From NCBI GenBank assembly GCA_000175855.1, contig ACYB01000038.1:94243-126242 (forward strand): a stretch of 32,000 nucleotides of DNA, written 5' to 3'. This document shows positions 20,695 through 30,487 of the stretch, one piece after another. The position numbers and the translations under genes are program-made. The first letter of the stretch is position 1. Every line of letters begins with the position of its first letter. This DNA comes from Raphidiopsis brookii D9 (lineage in GTDB: Bacteria > Cyanobacteriota > Cyanobacteriia > Cyanobacteriales > Nostocaceae). The notes beneath the pieces are model-generated. The model did no database searches, was not told where the DNA came from, and saw only the letters and a list, made by a program, of their open reading frames with translations.

Positions 20695-21097
20695 GAACGA
20701 TACCCGATCCATTCTAGAGACTGAGAAAGACACACACCTACACCTTAACCTATCGGTCAAAATTGCCAGATGGGCTTTCCTTTATAATTTGAATCCTCCA
20801 GGGCTATCTTGACTGTAAGATTTAGGCATTTTTTAAGATACTAATAATTGGTTATTGACAAATTTGCCAACTTTTGGCCTCATGAATAATGCAGATTAGA
20901 GACCAAGTGGGGATAAATTGCCTAATTTGCCGAAAAAATAACAGCTAATGTTGCCATACATAATGAATGCTCCTAGAAGCAACATGAGAAAAACTTAACA
21001 AAAATTTTAGACATCACAACCCAATCTTCTCACAGCTGCACTACCTTGGTATATGGGTTACTAAATAAATTCAATCAAGTAAAACCTCAAATAAGCC

Positions 21098-22114
21098 GTG
21101 AAAATTCCAAATTCCATCTGGACATTACTCATTGGCATCGCTCTCACTCTAACTAGTCTTTGGTACGGTCAGAATCATGGGCTGTTACCCGCAGCAGCAG
21201 CAGATGAAGCTGTATTAATAGACGGTCTGTTTGATGCGATGTTAACGGTCTCTATAGGCATATTTCTCTTAGTCGAAGGTATTTTAATTTACTCAGTATT
21301 TAAATATCGTCGGCGTGCGGGTGATAACGAAGATGGTCCAGCTATTGAAGGCAACATTCCTCTGGAAATACTTTGGACAGCAATTCCAGCAGTGATAGTC
21401 CTGGGCATTTCTGTATACAGTTTTGATGTATACAATCAAATTGGGGGATTAGATCCTCATGGAGGACATGATGCTCCCATCATGGAGGAAGCTAGGGTTA
21501 TGCCAGGTACTGCTATTGCGGCTACTCTCAGTGACAAGCCAGTAAATAGATCAGTCCATCACCAAGATTCCCCTGCCCCCATGGAAATTGCTCAGGCGGA
21601 AATCGCATCCAATGAAGCGAAACCACTAGTGGTTGAAGTCTCAGCTTTACAATACGCTTGGATATTCACCTATCCAGATGCGGGGATAACCACAGGGGAA
21701 ATTCACGTTCCTGTGGGTCAACAAGTACAGATGAAGATGACAGCTAATGATGTGATTCACGCCTTTTGGGTTCCAGAATTTCGTCTGAAACAAGATGTGA
21801 TCCCAGGTAGGGAAACTCGAGTCCGCTTCACTCCCAAAAAAGAGGGAACCTATACTGTGGTTTGTGCAGAACTCTGTGGACCCTACCATGGTGCTATGCA
21901 AACTCAAGTCATAGTAGAGTCAAAACAAGCCTTTGATGCCTGGGTTCAGGAACAGTTACTGGCGGAAAAAGAAACTATTAATCAGGCGATCGCCCTGAAT
22001 CCCTCCGCTATGTCAGCTGATGAGTTTCTGGCCCCCTATATGCAAAAGATGCATATTCACCCAGAAACCTTAGGAATAGGAAAGGTACTTTTAGAATCTT
22101 TCTCAAAGTCATAG
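21098..22114 (+). CDS. ctaC: Cytochrome c oxidase subunit II
   Basis: CuA site CAELCGPYHGAM, VHAFWVPEF-type motif (VIHAFWVPEFRLKQDVIPG), two N-terminal TM segments. Confidence 0.96.
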   Translation: MKIPNSIWTLLIGIALTLTSLWYGQNHGLLPAAAADEAVLIDGLFDAMLTVSIGIFLLVEGILIYSVFKYRRRAGDNEDGPAIEGNIPLEILWTAIPAVIVLGISVYSFDVYNQIGGLDPHGGHDAPIMEEARVMPGTAIAATLSDKPVNRSVHHQDSPAPMEIAQAEIASNEAKPLVVEVSALQYAWIFTYPDAGITTGEIHVPVGQQVQMKMTANDVIHAFWVPEFRLKQDVIPGRETRVRFTPKKEGTYTVVCAELCGPYHGAMQTQVIVESKQAFDAWVQEQLLAEKETINQAIALNPSAMSADEFLAPYMQKMHIHPETLGIGKVLLESFSKS

Positions 22115-22188
22115 CTGGTAAAGATATGGCTTAAATATATCGGGAGAAAACACCTTTTGAACTTCCTAAATGGAAAGCCCCTATAACT

Positions 22189-23808
22189 ATGACACAAGCT
22201 CAATTACAAGACACCTCTCACCTGGCCATACCCCATGAACAATTGGGGGGAAGAAAGTGGTGGGAATTTTTTACTTTTAATACCGACCACAAGGTAATCG
22301 GGATTCAATATCTAGTGACATCGTTTATTTTTTACTGTATTGGCGGTGTCATGGCAGATTTGGTACGGACAGAATTACGCACTCCAGAAGTAGATTTTGT
22401 CACGCCAGAAGTTTATAACAGTCTGTTTACTCTCCATGCCACGATCATGATTTTCCTCTGGATAGTTCCAGCGGGGGCGGGTTTTGCCAATTATCTGATT
22501 CCCTTGATGATTGGAGCTAGGGATATGGCTTTTCCCCGGTTGAATGCGGTGGCTTTTTGGATGATTCCTCCTTCAGGTATATTATTAGTTGCCAGCTTAG
22601 TGGTGGGCGATGCTCCAGATGCTGGTTGGACTTCCTATCCTCCCCTGAGTTTAATGACCGGTGAGGTGGGTGAAGCCATTTGGATTATGAGTATTCTGTT
22701 ACTAGGTACATCCTCAATTTTAGGAGCAATTAATTTTTTGGTCACCATGCTGAAAATGCGTGTTCCTAGCATGGGGATTCATAAAATGCCCCTGTTTTGC
22801 TGGGCTATGTTGGCAACTTCCGCCCTGGTTTTATTATCCACACCTGTTTTGGCAGGAGCATTGATTCTACTGGCTTTTGATTTGTTAGCAGGAACCACCT
22901 TTTTTAATCCCACTGGTGGTGGTGACCCGGTAGTTTACCAACACATGTTTTGGTTCTACTCTCACCCAGCGGTGTATATTATGATTTTGCCTTTCTTTGG
23001 CGCAATTTCAGAAATTATACCAGTTCATGCTCGCAAACCCATTTTTGGTTATAAGGCGATCGCCTATTCTTCTCTAGCGATTAGTTTTTTGGGTTTAATT
23101 GTTTGGGCCCACCACATGTTTACCAGTGGTATTCCGGGTTGGTTACGGATGTTCTTTATGATTACGACCATGATCATCGCCGTGCCCACGGGGATCAAAA
23201 TCTTTAGTTGGTTAGCAACCATCTGGGGAGGGAAAGTGGAATTAAATACTCCCATGTTATTTGCTATTGGTTTTGTGGGTACTTTCGTCATTGGTGGTAT
23301 CAGCGGTGTGATGTTAGCCTCTGTACCTTTTGACATTCATGTTCATGACACCTACTTTGTAGTTGCCCATTTGCACTATGTACTATTTGGTGGTAGTGTG
23401 CTGGGGATTTTTGCCGCTATTTATCATTGGTTTCCCAAAATGACAGGGAGAATGATGAATGAGTTTTGGGGTAAGGTTCACTTTGCTCTAACTATTGTTG
23501 GGTTAAATATGTCCTTTTTGCCCATGCACAAATTAGGACTAATGGGTATGAACCGTCGTATTGCCCAATATGACCCAAAATTCACCACCTTAAATGAAAT
23601 ATGTACATACGGGGCTTATATTCTAGCTGTTTCCACTTTGCCCTTTATTATCAATGCTGTATGGAGTTGGTTATATGGGCCCAAAGCTAGTAATAATCCT
23701 TGGCGTGGTCTGACTTTAGAGTGGATGACCACCTCCCCACCAGAAATTGAAAACTTTGAAAAACTGCCCGTTTTGACCACAGGTCCCTATGACTACGGTG
23801 TGAAATAA
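22189..23808 (+). CDS. ctaD: Cytochrome c oxidase subunit I
   Basis: WWEFFTFNTDHKVIG, FSHPAVYIMILP-type motif (FWFYSHPAVYIMILPFFG), VWAHHMFTSG, FDIHVHDTYFVVAHLHYVL. Confidence 0.97.
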   Translation: MTQAQLQDTSHLAIPHEQLGGRKWWEFFTFNTDHKVIGIQYLVTSFIFYCIGGVMADLVRTELRTPEVDFVTPEVYNSLFTLHATIMIFLWIVPAGAGFANYLIPLMIGARDMAFPRLNAVAFWMIPPSGILLVASLVVGDAPDAGWTSYPPLSLMTGEVGEAIWIMSILLLGTSSILGAINFLVTMLKMRVPSMGIHKMPLFCWAMLATSALVLLSTPVLAGALILLAFDLLAGTTFFNPTGGGDPVVYQHMFWFYSHPAVYIMILPFFGAISEIIPVHARKPIFGYKAIAYSSLAISFLGLIVWAHHMFTSGIPGWLRMFFMITTMIIAVPTGIKIFSWLATIWGGKVELNTPMLFAIGFVGTFVIGGISGVMLASVPFDIHVHDTYFVVAHLHYVLFGGSVLGIFAAIYHWFPKMTGRMMNEFWGKVHFALTIVGLNMSFLPMHKLGLMGMNRRIAQYDPKFTTLNEICTYGAYILAVSTLPFIINAVWSWLYGPKASNNPWRGLTLEWMTTSPPEIENFEKLPVLTTGPYDYGVK

Positions 23809-23888
23809 AACGAAACCTAAATTTTGCAGCAATTGTAGGGGAAAGGGGGATTTAACTAGCAATTACTTATTTACTACTGTCAAAATTT

Positions 23889-24506
23889 ATGCAAAGTCAA
23901 ATTGTGGACACTGCTCAACTCACAGCAAATCATCAGCTTCATCTAGATGGTCATCATGAAGCACACCCGGATTATCGTTTGTTTGGTCTGGTGGTGTTTC
24001 TCATTGCTGAGGGGATGATTTTTATGGGTATGTTTGGAGCTTATCTAGCTTTCCGCTCTACCTTATCTGTATGGCCACCAGAAGGTACACCTGAATTGGA
24101 ACTATTATTACCGGGTGTGAATACTATAAATTTGATTGCTAGCAGTTTTGTTATGCACAACGCTGATACAGCAATTAAAAAGAATGACGAAAAAGGAATG
24201 CGTATATGGTTAGCTATTACTGCTGCCATGGGAATAATTTTTCTGTTTGGTCAAGTTTATGAATATACCCATTTGGAATTTGGTTTAACCACCAATCTTT
24301 TTGCCAGTGCATTCTACGTCTTGACTGGTTTCCACGGTTTGCATGTTACCTTGGGAGTTTTGCTAATTTTGTCCGTTTTGTGGCGCTCTCGTCATTCTGG
24401 ACACTATAATAGTCAAAGTCATTTTGGTATAGAAGCTGCGGAATTGTATTGGCACTTTGTAGACGTGATCTGGATTGTTTTATTTGGATTACTTTATTTG
24501 CTGTAA
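23889..24506 (+). CDS. ctaE: Cytochrome c oxidase subunit III
   Basis: FLIAEGMIFMGMFGAYLAFRS, YVLTGFHGLHVTLGVLLI, YWHFVDVIWIVLFGLLYL. Confidence 0.95.
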   Translation: MQSQIVDTAQLTANHQLHLDGHHEAHPDYRLFGLVVFLIAEGMIFMGMFGAYLAFRSTLSVWPPEGTPELELLLPGVNTINLIASSFVMHNADTAIKKNDEKGMRIWLAITAAMGIIFLFGQVYEYTHLEFGLTTNLFASAFYVLTGFHGLHVTLGVLLILSVLWRSRHSGHYNSQSHFGIEAAELYWHFVDVIWIVLFGLLYLL

Positions 24507-24527
24507 GTTGCATTTTATAGCTCTATT

Positions 24528-24559
24528 ATAGCCATAGTCACCGCTTTGACTAAGGCTAT
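24528..24559. terminator. Hairpin between convergent ctaE and the endonuclease/phosphatase-family gene
   Basis: ATAGCCATAGTCA (24528-24540) / TGACTAAGGCTAT (24547-24559), one mismatch and a 6-nt loop. No strong T tract. Confidence 0.4.
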
Positions 24560-24586
24560 ATGGCTATATTGTGTTCCCAGGATAAG

Positions 24587-25360
24587 TCAAGTTTCTCCAG
24601 TAAGACCTAATTTGACAATCACCGGAAAATGATCCGATGGCCATATACCCTCCCATCGCTGATCGTCAATAATCACGTGATTAATTTGCCAACGGTGATC
24701 GCAATATATTGTATCTCTGGCATCCCAAGCTTGACCTGTAAAGTCGTGGAAGGTTTTTTGTGATTCTAAAGGAAGATTACCCAGAACATCTCTAATTCTA
24801 TAATTATCAGCGAGAATAATTCTTTCCAGACTCTTAGGACCAGCGTTAAAATCCCCCGTTAACAATAAATAGTCTTCCATGGGAAAATTCATTAAGCGCA
24901 AACTCACTAAACCCGCACCCAACTCCCTAGCTCTACTAACCTCATGATCTAAATGAGTATTCATGATGGTCACAGAAAAACCTAAATCCTCCACCATAAA
25001 ATTGGCCCAAGTGACCATTCTGGGTAAACGAGTCCCCCAGGTAATACTACCGGGAATTTCTGGGGTGTCACTCAGGTAAAAATCCTGGGTTTCCCTCAGC
25101 TGCAACTTTCCTCTCTTATAGAAGATCGCACAATGTTCACCTTTTCCTGTTCCAGTGCGATCGCCCCCCACAAATTCATAGTCTGGTAAAAGTACCTGTA
25201 AATCCCTAAGTTGATGAGGTTGACCCTCCTGGGTCCCCCATAACTCAGGTTGATAATTTTGGATCATACAGGCGATCGCTCCTACACGCTTTTGCCAACA
25301 TCTCTCACCCGGATCTGGTTTGTCGCAGCGGAGGTTGAAAGTCATAACTGTGATTTGCAT
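24587..25360 (-). CDS. Endonuclease/exonuclease/phosphatase-family protein (ORF call starts 25417; internal ATG 25360 fits the domain start)
   Basis: ITVMTFNLRCD, LWGTQEGQ, TIMNTHLDHE, LLTGDFNAGP, HVIIDD…WPSDHFPVIVKL. Confidence 0.88.
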   Translation of the reverse strand: MQITVMTFNLRCDKPDPGERCWQKRVGAIACMIQNYQPELWGTQEGQPHQLRDLQVLLPDYEFVGGDRTGTGKGEHCAIFYKRGKLQLRETQDFYLSDTPEIPGSITWGTRLPRMVTWANFMVEDLGFSVTIMNTHLDHEVSRARELGAGLVSLRLMNFPMEDYLLLTGDFNAGPKSLERIILADNYRIRDVLGNLPLESQKTFHDFTGQAWDARDTIYCDHRWQINHVIIDDQRWEGIWPSDHFPVIVKLGLTGET

Positions 25361-25419
25361 TACACTACCTAAGTGAATCCCTAGGGAATAATATATAACA
25401 AATATATTATTCCTCAAAT

Positions 25420-26136
25420 TTAAACTCTATTATGTTCAGGAGATTCAAACTTGTAACCATAACCACGTACTGTTTTAATAAACTCTGGAGTGCTAGAATC
25501 AACCTCCATTTTTTTACGCAGTTGACCAATATGAACATCAACAACCCTTCCATCACCCACATAGTCACACCCCCAAATTTTTTGAATTAGCTGGGGACGA
25601 CTCCACGCTTGTCCAGGGTGACAAGCCAAAAAATGTAAAATATTAAACTCTAAAGCAGTTAAGGCCAAAGGTTTATCATTGAGTGTGACTTCTCGACCTT
25701 CTGGGTTGATTGCTAACTGTTTAAAAATAAGACGTTGTGATTGGGTGGGTTGAATATAACGTATGCGTCTCAGGAGAGCATTTACTCTCACTTCCACCTC
25801 CACTAGACTAAATGGTTTGGTCATAAAATCATCCGCACCACCAGTTAGGACTTTAATTTTGTCAGTTTCATCATTACGACTGGTGAGCATAAGAACTAAG
25901 ACATTGGTTCGATTTTGCATATCCTGACAAAGTTTGTAACCATTTATATCTGGTAAGTTCCAGTCTAGTATTACCAAAGATGGATTAAACTGCTCAAACA
26001 ATGTCATAGCACTTTTACCATCAGCAGCAGTTTCTGTTTTATATTTTCGACTTAAAAAGCGATGAACAAGATTTCTGACACTGAAATCGTCATCTACAAC
26101 CATAATCTTGGGAATATTTGTAGCGATGTTATCCAT
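25420..26136 (-). CDS. OmpR/PhoB-family response regulator (likely start ATG 26136)
   Basis: Receiver domain (KIMVVDDD, LVILDWNLPDINGYKL, MLTS, TKPF) and winged-helix domain (LTALEFNILHFLACHPGQAWSRPQLIQKIWG, VDVHIGQLRKKM, IKTVRGYGYKFE). Confidence 0.93.
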   Translation of the reverse strand: MDNIATNIPKIMVVDDDFSVRNLVHRFLSRKYKTETAADGKSAMTLFEQFNPSLVILDWNLPDINGYKLCQDMQNRTNVLVLMLTSRNDETDKIKVLTGGADDFMTKPFSLVEVEVRVNALLRRIRYIQPTQSQRLIFKQLAINPEGREVTLNDKPLALTALEFNILHFLACHPGQAWSRPQLIQKIWGCDYVGDGRVVDVHIGQLRKKMEVDSSTPEFIKTVRGYGYKFESPEHNRV

Positions 26137-26474
26137 AGTCTTGTGCAGATTATTAATTAACAAATGGTTTTTCTGTTTGTTTGTGATTTTTATACCCAAA
26201 AATATTAGTTTCCCTCTGATGCGGTAGGAACAATATTTTATTCTTGGTATAATTGTTTTGCTATACAATTAGCTTCTTCTGGCGTTTTCCCTGAACTTTA
26301 ACCAACCAACATTTTAATCGCCAAAAACTGTATCGTGAATGTATGATTTTGGGTATTTTTTTGTATTTTTTTTTGTATAAAATATTATTAACTTATTATT
26401 GTTAACTATTATTATTAACTGGTTAACCCATTTCCAATTCCCCAATTCCAGTAACTTATTACTAGTGTCTATGA

Positions 26475-27104
26475 CTAGTGTTCAAATAGGTCTTTGAACT
26501 GCAAAAGATCCAAAGAAACTAAAGTAGGTAAAAAACTAAAACACTCCTGTACCAATTGCCAACGCTCTTCTCTTTGTAACATTTGAGAAAGTTTTTGCTT
26601 CAAACTGAGTAAATAGCGTACATCATTAGCAGCATAGCTTAGTTGAGCATCAGATAAACTCACCGGGTTCCCCCAGTCTGAACTCTGAGAACTTTTATCC
26701 AATTCTAGTTGCTCTAACTCCTGTACAAGCTCCTTTAATCCATGGCGATTTGTATAAGTACGAGCCAACTTACTGGCAATTTTCGTGCAAAAAACAGGTT
26801 GGACATAAATTTTCAGGTTGTGACGCAAAGTAGCCAGATCAAACCTAGCAAAGTGAAAAACCTTGACAACATGGGTTGATTCTAGAAGTTGTTGTAGGTT
26901 AGGAGCGTGGGTTTGTCCCTTAGCAATGCGGACAGCAGTCACCTTACCTTCAGGGTTACACAGTTGAACCAGACAGAGACGATCTCGCTGTGGTACCAAA
27001 CCCATAGTTTCCGTATCCACCGCTAAAGCATCTGACCTTAAATATTCTGACAGGGTAGGGTGGTCTAGATCCCCATCAAGTACCTGAAAATCATCTAGTG
27101 TCAT
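26475..27104 (-). CDS. Ribonuclease D-like 3'-5' exonuclease
   Basis: ALAVDTETMGL…RLCLVQLCN, HFARFDLATL, YTNRHGLKEL, QLSYAANDVRYLLSL (DEDDy-type motifs). Confidence 0.88.
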   Translation of the reverse strand: MTLDDFQVLDGDLDHPTLSEYLRSDALAVDTETMGLVPQRDRLCLVQLCNPEGKVTAVRIAKGQTHAPNLQQLLESTHVVKVFHFARFDLATLRHNLKIYVQPVFCTKIASKLARTYTNRHGLKELVQELEQLELDKSSQSSDWGNPVSLSDAQLSYAANDVRYLLSLKQKLSQMLQREERWQLVQECFSFLPTLVSLDLLQFKDLFEH

Positions 27105-27165
27105 GATTTTTACCAAAACATTTACAAAACAATTACCTTATGTAATGACCTTATCAGAAAATCGC

Positions 27166-27822
27166 TTAAAAAGCTGGGGATCTGGGGGAAATTTTTCGGG
27201 AGTATCTGAGGGTTGTATTGATAAATATTTGAGTCAGATAAACTTCACCTTTATCATTTTTAGCTACCCCCACCCCTGTCAGCTGAAACTTCCCTCGAAT
27301 ATTTCGCAAATGTCCCGGACTATTAAGCCAACCAATTATCGCTTGTTTTGCTGGTTCATTATACCCTATGTTAAATGCCACATTTTCTGCAGCATTATTA
27401 TATTTTAAATGGATGGATTTGACCCGTTGCTCAAAACCATGATGGCTAAATTTTACCGTACCATTAGCCATATTTTGACTATGAATTCTTGCCTGTTTAG
27501 TGATGTTTAAATTCAAGGTTAATTTTGATAATCCTTGGGCAACACGATACTGATTAATTTGCTCAAAAACCAATTTTTCTAACCTGTTATTATCGTGCTT
27601 ATTACCCTCATTATTCTGGTGGGAAGCAACAGCTCGGGTGGAACCATTAAATGAGGAAATAGATGAGATTTTTTTAGTAACATTGCTAGTGGAAATAGCA
27701 CCAGTTACCAATCCACTGGTAAGGACAAGTGTAGTTAAACCAATTCCGAAAGCAGTTTGTCGGAACATAGAAAAATCCCCAGATAGTGTATGAGTTTCTT
27801 GGACATATACTCTATCTTTCAA
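27166..27822 (-). CDS. Secreted CAP-domain (SCP/PR1-like) protein
   Basis: EQINQYRVAQGL, ARIHSQNMANG, FSHHGFEQRV, AAENVAFN, GWLNSPGHLRNI. N-terminal hydrophobic signal. Confidence 0.9.
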   Translation of the reverse strand: MKDRVYVQETHTLSGDFSMFRQTAFGIGLTTLVLTSGLVTGAISTSNVTKKISSISSFNGSTRAVASHQNNEGNKHDNNRLEKLVFEQINQYRVAQGLSKLTLNLNITKQARIHSQNMANGTVKFSHHGFEQRVKSIHLKYNNAAENVAFNIGYNEPAKQAIIGWLNSPGHLRNIRGKFQLTGVGVAKNDKGEVYLTQIFINTTLRYSRKISPRSPAF

Positions 27823-27999
27823 TACTCAAAAGAAATACCAGGAAGGATACTTCCAGTATATGTCTATGATGGATGGTACTTTTGGTGATATCCTCAATAC
27901 ATTCTCAACTACAAAATATATAAAAACAGTATCTTCTGACAGATAACTTAATAGTTTATGGAGAAAATTAGGTTAGAAATTGATTAATAGATTAAGACC

Positions 28000-28707
28000 T
28001 CATGACGATAACATAGGTACTTCTATCAGCAACAGCTCACATTGTTGAAAGACTTGAATGTGCAGATCTTCCTCCAGTCCCAGTCCATCACGAGGAAATA
28101 GCTCTTTGCCATTGACGTTTGCAAATCCTGATATCACGAACACATACACACCTTGACCTTTTCCGTGCAACTTATATTCCACACTAGTTCCTTCTAGATC
28201 TGCCAAATAAAACCAAGCATCTTGATTGATCCCTAGTCCTTCACCATCACCAGAAACCACTGTTTGTAACTTTTGCTTGCGATCGCTAGGATTGAAGGCT
28301 TTTTGTTCATATCTAGGCTGAACACCTATCTTCTTGGGTAAGACCCAGATTTGAAGGAGTTTGAGATCCTCATCACCATGGTTGAATTCTGAATGGAGGA
28401 TACCCGTTCCTGCACTCATGGACTGGATTTCTCCCTTTTGTAGTACTTGAGAGTTTCCCATACTATCTTTGTGTCTAAGAGAACCTTGAAGAGGTATGGT
28501 CACAATTTCCATATCCCTGTGGGGGTGGGTGGCAAATCCCCTACCAGCAGCTATATGGTCATCGTTAATGACGCGAAGAGCCCCAAATCCCATACGAGAA
28601 GGATCATGATAGTTAGCAAAGCTAAATGTGTGTTTCGCTTTAAGCCACCCGTGGTCTGCCACACCTCTGGTGTTTGCTGCATGGTAAATCATTGGAAACC
28701 TCGCCAA
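28000..28707 (-). CDS. Pirin-family protein
   Basis: HTFSFANYHDPSRMGFGALRVINDDHIAAGRGFATHPHRDMEIVTIPLQGSLRHKDS…GEIQSMSAGTGILHSE. Confidence 0.94.
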   Translation of the reverse strand: MARFPMIYHAANTRGVADHGWLKAKHTFSFANYHDPSRMGFGALRVINDDHIAAGRGFATHPHRDMEIVTIPLQGSLRHKDSMGNSQVLQKGEIQSMSAGTGILHSEFNHGDEDLKLLQIWVLPKKIGVQPRYEQKAFNPSDRKQKLQTVVSGDGEGLGINQDAWFYLADLEGTSVEYKLHGKGQGVYVFVISGFANVNGKELFPRDGLGLEEDLHIQVFQQCELLLIEVPMLSS

Positions 28708-28710
28708 AAT

Positions 28711-29223
28711 TTATCTTGATTTTAAAAAAATCTGGGTGAAAAAAATTTCCCCTTTATTATTGATCGCAACACCAATACCATTTAAGTTGTAATCACCTCG
28801 GATGTTTCTTAAATGTCCCGGACTTTTTAACCAACCTCGAACCGCAGTACTAGCAGGATCTTGAACTCCTTGATTATAGGCCACATTTTCCGCTACAGCA
28901 CGGTAGGTAATATTAATTGCTTTAACTCGTTTATCAAAGTCTTGATGACTAAAGGGAACTTTGCCACTAGCCATGTTTTGACTGTGAATCCTAGCTTGTG
29001 TATCAATACTAGGGTTACGGGTTAAGGTACCCAACTTCTGACTAACACGATACTGATTGATTTGTTGGAAAACTTGAGCTTCTAGGTTGGCGCTATTCAA
29101 ATTGTTCTGAGCTAATTTATAGCTGTTATTAGGTAAAAAGGATGGAATTAAGTTAGTTGCTCCACCATTAGTAGATGCAATTAAAAGCCCTGCACCAATA
29201 GCCGAAATACTTATTTTTAACAT
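28711..29223 (-). CDS. Secreted CAP-domain protein, paralog of 27166..27822
   Basis: QQINQYRVSQKLGTL, ARIHSQNMASG, FSHQDFDKRV, VAENVAYN, GWLKSPGHLRNIRG, TQIFL. Confidence 0.9.
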   Translation of the reverse strand: MLKISISAIGAGLLIASTNGGATNLIPSFLPNNSYKLAQNNLNSANLEAQVFQQINQYRVSQKLGTLTRNPSIDTQARIHSQNMASGKVPFSHQDFDKRVKAINITYRAVAENVAYNQGVQDPASTAVRGWLKSPGHLRNIRGDYNLNGIGVAINNKGEIFFTQIFLKSR

Positions 29224-29273
29224 AATCCTTTAAATTAACTTTAGTGTGTGCTACTATAACATACTATAATAAG

Positions 29274-30026
29274 ATGAATCCTAACCATATTACCAATTTT
29301 GACAACCTATGGCTAGAACTATTCTCTCTTTACACCTATCCTTATTTGCTTTTATTGATTGGTAACTCAATCGCTTTTGGACAAACTGGTGTAGTTGTTC
29401 CCACCGTACCCTCAGACTCAACCACTCCCTCTCCCTCTAATCCCCCATCCAGCACACCTACCCAAATACCCAGTCCCAACAACCTTAGCACCACCAGGTT
29501 CAGTTGTCAATATTATGATGGTAAATATACTGTTATGTATGAACCTCAAAGTCAACCAGGGCGATTTTTTGCCTGGGCCATACCCCAGTCCTTGGGTGGT
29601 GGTTGGAACCCGCAAAACCGCTGTCAGGCGATCGCCAGTCGTCTAGAATTATATCGTCCTGATGGTTTGCAAGAACTGCAAATTGCCAGACAAAATAATG
29701 AAAATATTATTTGTGTCACCACTGAAGTTGTTTCCACCTGTCGCATAGTTTTTACAGTACCACGAACCAGGGATCCCTATTCTGTCCGCAGCAGCATTTT
29801 TAGTAGCCTAACTGCTGCAGATCAGGGACAGCAGACTGTTGGTGTGAACACTTACATCAGCTCTCCTAGAAGATCAGGTAATAATCCTCATTCCAGGAGG
29901 GGAATTAACTTAAAACCCTTTTTGTCCATGGAAGATGGTGGAACAGGTACTAATCTCAATAATGGATTATTAATTCGTAGTCGGACTCCAGGAAAAACCA
30001 TTTTAAATCCCCGCTTATTTCGATAA
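29274..30026 (+). CDS. COP23-like secreted protein with Pro/Ser/Thr-rich linker (ORF call 29244; likely ATG 29274)
   Basis: Low-complexity TPSPSNPPSSTPTQIPSPN linker, then RFSCQYYDGKYTVMYEPQ…FFAWAIPQSLGGGWNPQNRCQAIASRLELYRPDGL, which resembles the cyanobacterial COP23 domain. Confidence 0.7.
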   Translation: MNPNHITNFDNLWLELFSLYTYPYLLLLIGNSIAFGQTGVVVPTVPSDSTTPSPSNPPSSTPTQIPSPNNLSTTRFSCQYYDGKYTVMYEPQSQPGRFFAWAIPQSLGGGWNPQNRCQAIASRLELYRPDGLQELQIARQNNENIICVTTEVVSTCRIVFTVPRTRDPYSVRSSIFSSLTAADQGQQTVGVNTYISSPRRSGNNPHSRRGINLKPFLSMEDGGTGTNLNNGLLIRSRTPGKTILNPRLFR

Positions 30027-30040
30027 CCATTGGATTTTGA

Positions 30041-30418
30041 TTAACTGTCCCACGCCAAAATTTCCTGCACTTGTTTCCAAATGATTATGGGATTAAATGG
30101 TTTAGTAATTACCCCCGCAACACCCATATCGCTAAAACGTTTCTTGTCCAAAGAAGATGTTTTAGCAGTTAGTAAAATTACTGGTATGGATTTAGTTAAG
30201 GGGTCAGATTGTAACTTGTCCCACACTTGAAAACCATCCGTATCAGGCATTGTTATGTCTAATAATATAGCATCTGGCAATTGGGATCTAGCCTTTTCTA
30301 AGGCCTCCTCTGCGGTAGCAGCTAAAATAGTCCGCCAACCGGCAAATTTTTCTAAAGAAATGCGGACAATTACACGAATGTCTTGCTCATCATCCACTAT
30401 CAAAATATGTTTAGCCAT
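30041..30418 (-). CDS. Single-domain CheY-like response regulator
   Basis: KHILIVDDEQDIRVIV, PDAILLDITMPDTDGF, VILLTAKTS, GVITKPFNP. Confidence 0.93.
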   Translation of the reverse strand: MAKHILIVDDEQDIRVIVRISLEKFAGWRTILAATAEEALEKARSQLPDAILLDITMPDTDGFQVWDKLQSDPLTKSIPVILLTAKTSSLDKKRFSDMGVAGVITKPFNPIIIWKQVQEILAWDS

Positions 30419-30487
30419 GATCCGACTAGTTGGAATATAAAAGGTTCTCTTATATCTTGAGTTCCTCCATGGTAGCCCAAAAAACTA

